This document shows, piece by piece, positions 42,628-52,102 of a DNA stretch of 64,000 nucleotides. Numbering within the stretch: position 1 is the first letter of the stretch; every line of letters starts with the position of its first letter. Position numbers and translations under genes: made by a program. Source of the stretch: Acidobacteriota bacterium (GTDB lineage Bacteria > Acidobacteriota > Vicinamibacteria > Vicinamibacterales > CAVVIG01); contig QHWJ01000224.1 of assembly GCA_003222535.1 (NCBI GenBank), positions 5,902-69,901 of the forward strand, written 5' to 3'. The notes beneath the pieces are model-generated. The model saw only the letters and a list, made by a program, of their open reading frames with translations, was not told where the DNA came from and made no database searches.

Positions 42628-45078
42628 TCAGAAACTCGGGCTGAACGAGAACGAGAGGCCCATCCCATCGCGCGTGCGGGCAAGCTCTATCCTCGTAACC
42701 GTTCTGGTCAGCGTGTGAAGAGTGAGGCCCACGCCGTACGACGTCTTCAGGTTCTGCAGATCGAGGTCGCTGAATCGCTCCGCGACCTTGCCGGTGTCGG
42801 CGAACAGCGCCATGTCGACGAACGAACCGGCCGTCCAGCGGTACTCGGCGCTCAGGAGCAGCCGGTTGCGATCGCGGAAGCGCCCGAACTGATATCCGCG
42901 AAGCGTGTGGCTCCCTCCGAGATCCGGCATCAGGAAATACGGCACGTCGTTTCCGGCGGACGTATCGGTCGAAGACGTGGCGGCGCGGAGCGCGATCACC
43001 CAGTTCTCGCGCAGGATCGGAAAAAACTGATCCAATTCCGCGTCAACGCGACGGAAGCTGCTGCGACCTCCGGTGGTCGTCTCGTGGTAGTCGGACCAAT
43101 CGAGCCGGTAGAAGCCGCCGCGTCTCGTGTAGGTGGGCGATGTTCGCCAGTCGAACCCGGCGAACAGGCGGCTCCGGCGATACGTCGGACTCGCGTTGGT
43201 CGCGTCGATGGCGAGCATGTCCACGCCGGCGCCGAGCGAGACGAACGGCGCCGCCTGAACGCGGGCGGACGTGCCGACGTTGGCCGTGCGGTAGGCGAAA
43301 TCCTGTCGGTGTGCGCTCGACGCGTTGCCCAGGCCGTAGAACGCCACCTTCGGCGCGTCCAGCCAGTGTCCATCCAGCTGGATCGTGACGCGACGGTGCG
43401 CAAAGTCGGGGAGGCGGAGCTGCGCGTCAGCGACCTTGTAGTTTTTCGCGGACCAGGCGGCGTGCGCGTCGAGTTTTCCCGAGTCCGCAAAGCGCGCACG
43501 ATATCCGGGGCCGATCGCCAGCCCGCCGCCATCGAAGGCGCTTCCAATGAATGCATAGACGGGCCGGTCGGCGCGGAGGGCATTCTCGACCATCAATATC
43601 CGGCGTTCGGTTGTGGTGGGCTCGTACGGATGGAGGCGCGTGGCCTTCTCAGCACGTTCGGCGGCGAGCTGCGCTTCGCGCGTGTCCTGCGCAGAGGTGG
43701 GCGAGGCGAACGCGATGACGACCACGGCAGCAGCGGCGGCGGCCAACCGGCGCGGCTGGAGCCGTGGCAACGTCCATTGGGGATGCGCGATCCGCAGAGC
43801 GATGGTCAGCCAGGCCAGCGTCAGCACGATGTTGACGCCTGCGAACTGCGCCACGCTCAGGTGCAGGATGCTGGTGCCGGCGTATACCGCGGCGGCGGAC
43901 AGGACATCCCCCCCGCGGACGAAGAACGTGTCGATCGCCTGCTTGGCCTTGTACTTCTCATCCCGCGTGGTCGGCAGCCAGAGGAGCTGACGAGCGGTGT
44001 TCATGATCGAGTAGTCCGTCGCGTTCTCTGCCGTCTTGATCCACCGGACGAGGGCAAACCCGGCGCCGGCCGCGATGATCGAGTAGCCGCCGAGCGCGAT
44101 GAGCGGCAGCGCAAGCAACACACCCGCGAGCCCTCTGTGCCTGACGAGGCGCGACGCGACAAATGCCTGGAGCAGGAACGCCGTCACGTTGACCCACAAC
44201 TGATATTCGCCCGCATACGTGCCGATGAAAGCCTGCCGGTCGAGCGTGGGGTCGACGAGCGCCAGGTGGTTGACGTGATCGGTCAGCAGGCGCGAGATCG
44301 CGTACTCGCCCGTGGTGTTCACGACGTTGAGCAGCACGATCAGCGCCGCGATCATCCGCAGATGCCCGCTGCCCAGAACGAGCCTGAAGCCTCCGGACGA
44401 GGACATCGTCGGCTGCGCCTGGGAGGGCTGGCGTGAATCGCGGCTGTTGATCCACAGATACAACACGACGCTCGCGGCCAGCAGCAGGGCCGAAATCTGC
44501 AGGATGCTTTGCGGATGGAAGCCAAGCCGAAACAGGCGCGCCGACACGAACGAGCCGAGCGGCGCGCCGGCGGTCATGCCGATCACGATGATCGGGAACA
44601 GCCGGGCGCCAGACTCCTTGCTGTAGATGTCGTTGGCGAACGACCAGAACTGCGCGACGAGCGAGATGTTGAAGATGCCGACCCAGATGAAAAATGCGAT
44701 GCCGACGTACGGCACGCCCGCGGCAACCGCTGACGCGAAGAGCTCGATGCACACGACGAAGAACAGCGTCACGCCGACGAGCAGCTTTGCCCGATCGACG
44801 CGCGACACGAACCAGCTGTACAACGGCACGAATCCCATGAGCAACAGCGCCTGACCGGCCGCCGCGTAGGACCGGACCTCGGCGCCGCCGCCGAGCAGGA
44901 TCAATGGCTCACGCACGGTCTTGATGACGGAGTAGCAGACGAGCAGCACGAAAATGTTGATCAGCATCAACACCGCGGTCGTGCCTTCTCCGGCGCGCAC
45001 GTCCGCACAGAGCGACAGCGCACGATCCAGCAGCGACTTCTCGGCACGGAGGGTCATGACTGGGCTAGGTCCGGGCAT
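42628..45078 (-). CDS. TLC (ATP/ADP-translocase-type) 12-TM carrier domain, in frame with a signal peptide and a POTRA-less Omp85-family beta-barrel
   Basis: Residues 1-436 carry TLC blocks: FVLLVCYSVIKTVREPLILLGGGAEVRSYAAAGQALLLMGFVPLYSWFVSR and FWSFANDIYSKESGARLFPIIVIGMTAGAPLGS. From the TTG codon at 43770 the sequence reads PRLQPRRLAAAAAAVVVIAFASPTSA|QD. An Omp85 barrel follows (GGSHTLRGYQFGRFRDRNRLLLSAEYRW...GVGLTL...GLSFSFSPSF). No stop separates the parts. Confidence 0.8.
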   Translation of the reverse strand: MPGPSPVMTLRAEKSLLDRALSLCADVRAGEGTTAVLMLINIFVLLVCYSVIKTVREPLILLGGGAEVRSYAAAGQALLLMGFVPLYSWFVSRVDRAKLLVGVTLFFVVCIELFASAVAAGVPYVGIAFFIWVGIFNISLVAQFWSFANDIYSKESGARLFPIIVIGMTAGAPLGSFVSARLFRLGFHPQSILQISALLLAASVVLYLWINSRDSRQPSQAQPTMSSSGGFRLVLGSGHLRMIAALIVLLNVVNTTGEYAISRLLTDHVNHLALVDPTLDRQAFIGTYAGEYQLWVNVTAFLLQAFVASRLVRHRGLAGVLLALPLIALGGYSIIAAGAGFALVRWIKTAENATDYSIMNTARQLLWLPTTRDEKYKAKQAIDTFFVRGGDVLSAAAVYAGTSILHLSVAQFAGVNIVLTLAWLTIALRIAHPQWTLPRLQPRRLAAAAAAVVVIAFASPTSAQDTREAQLAAERAEKATRLHPYEPTTTERRILMVENALRADRPVYAFIGSAFDGGGLAIGPGYRARFADSGKLDAHAAWSAKNYKVADAQLRLPDFAHRRVTIQLDGHWLDAPKVAFYGLGNASSAHRQDFAYRTANVGTSARVQAAPFVSLGAGVDMLAIDATNASPTYRRSRLFAGFDWRTSPTYTRRGGFYRLDWSDYHETTTGGRSSFRRVDAELDQFFPILRENWVIALRAATSSTDTSAGNDVPYFLMPDLGGSHTLRGYQFGRFRDRNRLLLSAEYRWTAGSFVDMALFADTGKVAERFSDLDLQNLKTSYGVGLTLHTLTRTVTRIELARTRDGMGLSFSFSPSF

Positions 45079-45143
45079 TGCGTGTCTCCTCGCCCCTTAA
45101 CGCGCCAACGGCGTCGAAACCCCGCAATCGCAGAGCCGCCTTC

Positions 45144-45210
45144 GTAGAGCACGGGCATTTCAGGCGAACGGAGGTCGTTCGCCGGCGGGCTTCGCGCTCC
45201 GTCGTTGTCC
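45144..45210. repeat. GTAG-containing dispersed intergenic repeat (REP-like), copy A
   Basis: The sequence is gtagagcacgggcatttcaggcgaacggaggtcgttcgccggcgggcttcgcgctccgtcgttgtcc. It aligns along its length with 60583-60647 and shares an identical 17-mer, cttcgcgctccgtcgtt. Confidence 0.65.
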
Positions 45211-45225
45211 AATAGGGTGCGTTTA

Positions 45226-46845
45226 TCAGGCAATCAGGCTGGATTCGAGGGCGAGGGCGTCGGTGACGTCGGGCGGGCCGGCCAGTTCAACCAGGTGCCG
45301 TTCCCACCAGGTTCTGGCCGATTCGTTGTCCCACCCCTCGCCTGACCGGCATCGACAGAGCGCCTCGAGCACGGCTGCCGCGTCCTGCGGCCGGCGTTGC
45401 GGGTCTTTCTCGAGACACGACAGCACGAGGGCGTCGAGCTCCGGTGGAATCGGCATCTCGGTCCGGTGGGACGGTGGGATCGCCGGAGCCTGCAGGTGCA
45501 ACGCAAACAGGTCTGTCGCGTCCTCGGCTTCGAAAACCGGCTGTCCGGTCAGCAGGAAATAGGCGACGCAGCCGATCGCGTACACATCCGCGCGCTGGTC
45601 GACGCCGGCGCCGAGAATGATTTCCGGCGCCATGAAGGCCGGCGTCCCTGTGGTCGTATGAGCGGCAGCCGTGGATCGGGGCTCCAGCGATCGGCGGCCA
45701 TTGAACGCCACCAGACCGAAGTCGAGCACCTTGACGAAGTCGTAATCGAGGCCCATCCGGCATACGTAAATGTTGGACGGCGTGACGTCACGGTGGACGA
45801 GCCCTCTGGCGTGCGCCTCGGCGAGCGAATGACACACCTGCCGCAGCAGGAACAGCGCGCGCCCGGCGGAAACCGGCCCGAACTCCCTCACCAGCGACTG
45901 CAGGTCGCGGCCCGCGAGCAGCTCCATCACGTAATAGAAGATCTGGTCGGCGGTGACGCCGAAATCGAACACCTGGATCGTGTGCGGCGAGCTCAGGGCG
46001 GCTGTCGCCTGTGCCTCCCGCTCGAAACGGCGAAGCATGCTTTGTGTCTCGGCGTCGGTGCCCGCGCCGAGCAGCTCGGGCCGTACGAGCTTGATCGCGG
46101 CGCCGCGTGCGAGCAGCCGATGTCTCGCGCGCCAGACTTCGCCCATGCCACCGCGCCCAAGCCGCTCGACGAGCTGGTAACTGCCCATCTCTTGCGCCCG
46201 GCGCAGCCGGCGGCCGATCCGGTGCAGGACGTGCGACGGCAGCGTCGCGACGATGGCGCAGGCGAAGTTCGGCAAGTACAACACCAGGGTGTTGGCGAAC
46301 GAGGCGACGGGTGCGCCCCGCGTATGTGCTATCCAGGCGGCGAGCGGGTCGGTTGACGCGGCAACCACCGAAGCCACCAGCATCTTGCGCGGCGACGCCG
46401 GAAGAATCATCGCGGCAACGAGAATGACTACCGTGTTCCAGGAAAGACCGCGGCCCCCGCTGACCGAGGCGAAGCCTGTCCAGGCGTTGAGCAGCGCCAC
46501 GCCGGCTGCGTTCAGCACGAAGTACAGCATCCCTGCGTCTGTTTTTCTGTCGTACGCATGCGGCGCGTACCGCACGTAGACGAACATCATCAGCGACACG
46601 GTGATCGCCAGGATCTCGACCACGACGCTGGACGCCGGGACCGGGACAGCGACCGTCAGCGGGCGGACGGTCGTGTCCATCACCAGCCCGTAGGTCCACA
46701 AGCCCGCTCCGACGGCGGCGCACGCCGCGAGCCGGCGGATTTGCTCCGACACCAGCGCGTCTGGAAGCCGGTGCGACCTCGTCTGATCGGACGCGTCCGG
46801 CGCCGGTGTGTCGAGTCGTGGTTCGACGAGTCTGGGTCTGGCCAT
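45226..46845 (-). CDS. Polytopic membrane Ser/Thr protein kinase (N-terminal multi-TM domain, C-terminal kinase)
   Basis: Five to six hydrophobic helices lie in residues about 40-210. Kinase motifs follow: LGRGGMGEVWRA, AAIKLV, HRDVTPSNIYV, LDFGLV, GTPAFMAPE. The stop of the upstream gene is 5 nt from its ATG. Confidence 0.9.
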   Translation of the reverse strand: MARPRLVEPRLDTPAPDASDQTRSHRLPDALVSEQIRRLAACAAVGAGLWTYGLVMDTTVRPLTVAVPVPASSVVVEILAITVSLMMFVYVRYAPHAYDRKTDAGMLYFVLNAAGVALLNAWTGFASVSGGRGLSWNTVVILVAAMILPASPRKMLVASVVAASTDPLAAWIAHTRGAPVASFANTLVLYLPNFACAIVATLPSHVLHRIGRRLRRAQEMGSYQLVERLGRGGMGEVWRARHRLLARGAAIKLVRPELLGAGTDAETQSMLRRFEREAQATAALSSPHTIQVFDFGVTADQIFYYVMELLAGRDLQSLVREFGPVSAGRALFLLRQVCHSLAEAHARGLVHRDVTPSNIYVCRMGLDYDFVKVLDFGLVAFNGRRSLEPRSTAAAHTTTGTPAFMAPEIILGAGVDQRADVYAIGCVAYFLLTGQPVFEAEDATDLFALHLQAPAIPPSHRTEMPIPPELDALVLSCLEKDPQRRPQDAAAVLEALCRCRSGEGWDNESARTWWERHLVELAGPPDVTDALALESSLIA

Positions 46846-46850
46846 ATGTT

Positions 46851-49091
46851 TTACGACGCCGCTGATTCAGCAGAGACCAGCGAGGCGCGCACCCTCAGTT
46901 CCTCGAGGTTCAGCACGATCGAATGGTTCGAGCGCAGAAGATCGGCCATGACCTGCTCGGTCGGACGCGCGGAACGCTTCGCGGACCGGTGCTCGAGGAA
47001 CGGCCACAGCCGCTGCCGAATGGCGGGGGGCAGAACGCCTTCGAGGTATTCGAGCGCCGTCCCCTCCAGGTATGGGTCGTCGGCGTGGAGGCTCCGAAAC
47101 GCCACCTGCAACGGCTCACGCGGCAGGACCAGCGACAGCAAGGTGAACACGTGCGCGAGGCTCTCGCCCGCGCGCGTCCGCACGAACTCGTCGAGCGCCG
47201 AGTGGCTGTCGCCTGCATCGGTACCGTCCAGCAGACGCCGGCTTTCCCACACGCCGCGGCCCACGGCGACCTCACGGAGAACGACCGCGAGAATCCGCGC
47301 GCTGTCAATCTCGACCCGCGGGTTTTTCTCCACGATCGCGACCAGCGACCGCGCCGATTGGTACCTGACGTCGAAACGCGGATCGTCGAGACCGAACATG
47401 AGACCGCTCGCCGCGCGCTCGGAGACGCACACCGAGAACACGCGCGCAAGCCGCCGCCTCACGGCGAAGTCCTGATTCGGATCGAGCAGCGCATCGACGA
47501 GCTGGCCGACACGTTCCTCCGCGACTTTCCGGAGCGCAAACATCGCGTGATCGGCCACCTGATCCCACGCCAGCAACGTGATCGCGTGCGGGACGAGGCC
47601 CGCGGTCAGGCCGTCTTCTCTCGACAGCACCTCCACGATGCGGAGGCGACTGCGCGACCGCAGGCTGAGGATGTCGCGCATTTCGGCGTCGAGCGACGGC
47701 GAATCGATTGCGGCGCGCGCGACCGCGCCATCCATCTGCCGTCCGAGTGACGTCCCCACCCGGTCGCGCCGCAGACGACCTGTGGATCGCGTCCCGCTGA
47801 CGGTATGCTCCACCTGCGTCGGATCGATGGCGCCTGCGCGCCGCGACAGATCGACGAGGCTGTTTTCCAGCGTGCCGAGGTATCCGCGATTCAGCCGGCT
47901 GGCCGCGAGCAGGGCGCCTGCCGAGCACATGATGGCCAGGGAGAGAATCGCCGAGGATTGCATCGCCGGAGCGAGCAGCACGGACAGCCGCACGAAGCCG
48001 CCGCCGACGCCGTCGCCGAGACGGTCGAACCCGACATCGATCAGTGTTTTTGCGGCGCGCTTCTCCTCGGCCGGAATCGGCGTGTAGAACAGTTCATACC
48101 CGGCCCGGAAGAACGAACTCCGGAACACCGACTCGCCGCCGCGCGCCGCGAGCAGGCTGCCGAAACCCGGAGCGACGAGACCGGCCAGGCTCCCGGCCAG
48201 CAATGCCCCGGCCGGCGTCCCCGCCGACACGCCGAGCCCGAATCTCTCGAGGACCAGGTGGGAAGCAGAGGTCTGAAGGACGAACGCCATCAGGCTGGTC
48301 GCCGCGTAATACAGCGCGAAAAAACGGAGAAGCGTGTCGCCGCGACCAAAGGTTTCGATGGCCTGCGCCTTGAACAGATAGTCGACGAGCGCCGCGCCGG
48401 TCGTGCCGAGCAGGACGAGCGCCGCGAGATTGCGCAGATACGGAGCTTCGCTCAGCACGCGCAGCGGGGAGCGTGATTGCGCCGCGCTCGGAGGTTCGCC
48501 GGTTGAGGCCGGCGTTCCGCCGGCGACCGCGCAGACGGCAGTCCGTCGCACGAACCAGGCGCTGCCGAATTGCAGAATGGCGAGCAGCGGGAACATGGCC
48601 GGGACGCCGAACACGGCAGCGACCCGCTCCGTGACCAGGGCGCTCACCAGACCGCCGAGCGTGCCGGCCGCGGCGATGTGGCCGTATCGCTGTTTCGCGG
48701 TGCGCGGGTCGAACCGCTCGCTGGCGATCAGCCAGAACCCGGACGCCAGAACCGGGCCCAGTCCGGAGATGTGAAGATAGACGACAATGGCGGTGCTCGA
48801 CGGCGCCTGCGGCCTGAGGACCCATTCGATGAGAAACAGCACGCCGCTGACGGCGAAGGAGGCCGGCACCAGGGTGGCCGGCCCAATCGTGCGGGCGGCT
48901 CTCGCGTTGGTGACAACGAGCAGAATCGAACACACCGAGGTCGCCACCAGCATCGCCGGCAGCGCCGAGAGGTCCAGGGAGGTGAGGAACAACGCGTCCC
49001 GCACGGCCTTTCCGCTGACGAACTGGGCCGTCACCGCCGCGGCGCCAATCATCGCCGCCACGACTGACCCGGGCCTGCTTTTGATTTCCAT
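46851..49091 (-). CDS. TLC/AAA-family carrier-like 12-TM domain fused to a C-terminal HEAT/ARM-repeat domain
   Basis: The ORF track gives 46851..49376. The ATG at 49091 gives MEIKSRPGSVVAAMIGAAAVTAQFVSGKAVRDALFLTSL... The multi-TM region has the same style as 42628-45078. The C-terminal region of about 300 aa is helical-repeat (DPNQDFAVRRRLARVFS..., DDPRFDVRYQSARSLV..., ADDPYLEGTALEYLE). Confidence 0.8.
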   Translation of the reverse strand: MEIKSRPGSVVAAMIGAAAVTAQFVSGKAVRDALFLTSLDLSALPAMLVATSVCSILLVVTNARAARTIGPATLVPASFAVSGVLFLIEWVLRPQAPSSTAIVVYLHISGLGPVLASGFWLIASERFDPRTAKQRYGHIAAAGTLGGLVSALVTERVAAVFGVPAMFPLLAILQFGSAWFVRRTAVCAVAGGTPASTGEPPSAAQSRSPLRVLSEAPYLRNLAALVLLGTTGAALVDYLFKAQAIETFGRGDTLLRFFALYYAATSLMAFVLQTSASHLVLERFGLGVSAGTPAGALLAGSLAGLVAPGFGSLLAARGGESVFRSSFFRAGYELFYTPIPAEEKRAAKTLIDVGFDRLGDGVGGGFVRLSVLLAPAMQSSAILSLAIMCSAGALLAASRLNRGYLGTLENSLVDLSRRAGAIDPTQVEHTVSGTRSTGRLRRDRVGTSLGRQMDGAVARAAIDSPSLDAEMRDILSLRSRSRLRIVEVLSREDGLTAGLVPHAITLLAWDQVADHAMFALRKVAEERVGQLVDALLDPNQDFAVRRRLARVFSVCVSERAASGLMFGLDDPRFDVRYQSARSLVAIVEKNPRVEIDSARILAVVLREVAVGRGVWESRRLLDGTDAGDSHSALDEFVRTRAGESLAHVFTLLSLVLPREPLQVAFRSLHADDPYLEGTALEYLEGVLPPAIRQRLWPFLEHRSAKRSARPTEQVMADLLRSNHSIVLNLEELRVRASLVSAESAAS

Positions 49092-49177
49092 GGCGAGTGT
49101 CGTCCCTTCCTCAGCTTCTAACGCGACGAACGGTGCCAAACCCCGCAAACCCGGGTAAACTCCTTCAAACCAGAGAA

Positions 49178-52022
49178 ATGCCGTCGTTACTCCGTCGCGC
49201 GAAAGACGTGTTTTTGCAAGCGTTGAGCGTCCCCGCTGCCGGGCGGCAGGCGTTTGTGGTAGAGGCCTGCGGGACCGATGCGGACCTCCGACGGGAAGTG
49301 GAGTCGCTCCTGGCCTTTCATGAGGAGGAGGGGGAAAGCGGCGAGCCGGAACGGAACCAGGAGCCGGTCGCGACACGATTTGCGGCCGGCCAGGTGTTCG
49401 CCGGCCGATATCGGATGGTTGCGCGCCTCGGCCAGGGCGGAATGGGCGAGGTCTGGCGCGCCGACGATCTGGTCGTCGGCACGCCGGTCGCCCTGAAGTT
49501 CATTCGTTCCGCGACCAGCGGGACCCGCAGCGGCATCCTGAACGAAGTCCGCCTGGCGCGAAAGATCACGCATCCGGCGGTCTGTCGAGTCTTCGACGTT
49601 GGCGAGGCCGACGGTGAAGTGTTCTTCTCGATGGAGTTGGTTCGAGGCGAAGACATGGCCTCATTGATCAGACGCGTGGGGCGGCTTCCATCGGAGCAAG
49701 TCATCGACATCGCGCGGCAGCTGTGCGCGGGGCTCGCGGCGGCGCACGCCGAAGGCGTCCTGCATCGCGTCCTGAAGCCCGCCAACGTCCTGATCGATGA
49801 CGAGGGCCAGGCGCGGATCACGGATTTCGGGATCGCCGTCGCCAGCCTCGACACGAGTCCTCAGATGCTCGACGGCACACCCGACTACAGGGCGCCCGAA
49901 CAGCTGTTGCCTGGCGCTCCGCTGACGGAGCGGACCGATGTGTACGCGCTTGGGCTGCTGCTCTACGAGCTGGTCGTCGGCCAGCATCCCTTCCTTCGAG
50001 CCGGCACGAGGATGAACCCGCCTCGGCCATCGACGTTCCTGCCGGACGTCAACCCGCAGCTCGAACGCGTCGTCCTCCAGGCGCTTTCGCCGGATCCGCG
50101 CGATCGGCCGGCGTCCGCCGATGCCGTCGCGGCGAGCCTGCCTACACCCGCGCGTGCGGGAGGCACGCGCAAGACGAATTGGTGGCTGGTGGGAACGGCG
50201 CTCGTGGCCGTCGTCGCCCTCGCCATCCTCACGACGGCTTTCTTTCTCTCGAGGGGCACTCGAGCGCTGACGGAACAGGACACGATCGTCCTGGCCGACT
50301 ACGCGAACACGACCGGCGAACCGGTGTTCGACGGCGCTCTGAAGGTGGCGCTGGCGGTCGCGGTCGAGCAGTCGGCCGCCGGACGCACCGGTCACACGGT
50401 CCGTCGCCCGCGAAATCGCGCAGCGGGAGCAGTTGAAAGCCTTGTTGGCTGGTTCGATCGCGCCGCTTGGACGCAACTACGTGGTCGCCGTCGAGGCCGT
50501 CAATGCGCTCACCGGCGACGTCATGGCGCGTGAACAGGTCGAAGTGGCCGGCAAGGAACAGGTGCTCACGGCCCTCGGCGGAGTCGCGTCCAGGCTGCGC
50601 GAGAAGCTTGGCGAGTCTCTCGCGTCGATACAGAAATTCGACGTGCCGCTGCCCCGAGCCACGACGCCATCGCTCGAGGCGCTCCATGCATACGCGCTCG
50701 CGCTCGACGAGGGGCGCGTGAACGTGCGGCTCGAAGCGATCCCGCACTTGAAGCGGGCAATCGAGCTCGATCCGGATTTCGCCATGGCGCTGGCGCTCCT
50801 GTCTGGCGTCTACGCCAACACGAATCAAACCGCCATGGCGCCGGACTCGTCACGCCGGGCGTTCGCCCTGCAGGAGAGAGCGAGCGAACGCGAGCGCTTC
50901 TTCATTGCGTGGCGCTATTACCGTGACGCCGTGCAGTCCTGGGACAAGGCGCTCGAGCTGGCGCAGTCGTGGACGGCGACCTATCCGCGAGAAGCGTTCG
51001 CGTTCAACAGTCTGGGCGTCGCGTACCTCTTCCTGGGCCGGTACGACCGTGCGATCGAACCGTTTCAGCAAGCCATGCGGCTCGACCCGAAGTTCGTGCC
51101 CCCGCCGTCAAACCTCGCCGGCGCCTTCATGGCGCTCAACCGATACGCTGAGGCCGGTGCGGCGCTCAAGGAAGGCGCCGCGCGGGAAACCGAATTCAGC
51201 GGCGGCCATCGGATCGCCTACCTGCTTGCCTTCATCGCCCACGATCAGGCAGCCATGTTCGAGCATTTGAACGCCTCAGTCGGCATTGGCACCACGAACG
51301 CCGCGTTCGGGTGGCAGGCGCATGTGGCGGCGTTCGGCGGCGGTGTTTCCGCCGCACACGAGCAGTTCCGTCGGGGGGTCCAGCTGGCGCTCCAGGGCGG
51401 ATTCACCGAGGTCGCTGCGCAACTTTCCGTCGAAGATGCGGAAGTCCAGGCGATCGCCGGGCGGTGCGTGGAGTCGTCCAAGGAGGTGTCGGAGGGTCTG
51501 GGACTGAGCCGCGACAACTTCTCGCTCGAACGCGCGAGCCGGGCCCTGGCGTTGTGCGGCGCGAATCGTGAAGCTGCGGCGCTCGTGAGCGAGCTCGTGC
51601 GGCGGTATCCCGACGCGACGTTTACCCACCGGGTGTCGCTCCCGCTGACCGCGGCTATCGGCGCAATGCGCCGAAGCGACTGGAGCCGGATGCTCGGCAT
51701 CCTCGAACCTGTGAAGCCGTACGATCACGCGCCGTCGTCCGAGTTCTGGCCTGCCTACCTGCGCGGGCAGGCGCAGATGGGAATGAAACGTCCCGTAGAG
51801 GCCGCGGCGGAGTTCCAGACCATCCTCGACCACCGGGGTGAAGCCCCGCTCTCCCCGCTCTACGCGCTCGCGCAACTTGGCGTCGCCCGCGCGGCAGCCA
51901 TGAGCGGCCAGGGTGACAAAGCCCGCGAGGCCTACGACACGTTTCTGAACCTGTGGCGCGGAGCGGACTCGCCCTTGCCGCTCCTGCGCGAGGCACGCCT
52001 GGAACGCGGCCGGTTACAGTAG
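49178..52022 (+). pseudogene. Decayed Ser/Thr kinase-TM-TPR sensor (paralog of 52649-55507): catalytic Asp lost and the frame broken by an internal deletion
   Basis: The gene is split into track ORFs 49097..50533 and 50433..52022 in different frames. Up to ...ALAVAVEQS (about 50374) it is collinear with the paralog. About 19 residues (PFIRIFPDERVREALRLMK in the paralog) are then missing, and homology resumes in another frame (PPDAPVTRSVAREIAQREQLKALLAGS against RPADGRITRSIAREIAQRERLKALLTGS). The catalytic loop reads LHRVLKPAN (cat cgc gtc) instead of HRD. Confidence 0.65.
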
Positions 52023-52102
52023 CTGAGCGCGCCCTGTGAGACGCCGTCAAGCGCCTCCAACCCCGAATGCGTCAACCGGGCGAAAACCCCGCAGGAGGTG
52101 AG

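Noticed and set aside
42460-44436. 658-aa plus-strand ORF antisense to the TLC-Omp85 gene. Similar cases are 40951-42438 (+), 46923-47750 (+) and 53924-55633 (+).
   Set aside because: These are shadow ORFs of a high-GC genome. They have no motifs and unrealistic Arg/Gly content, and each opposes a well-supported gene.
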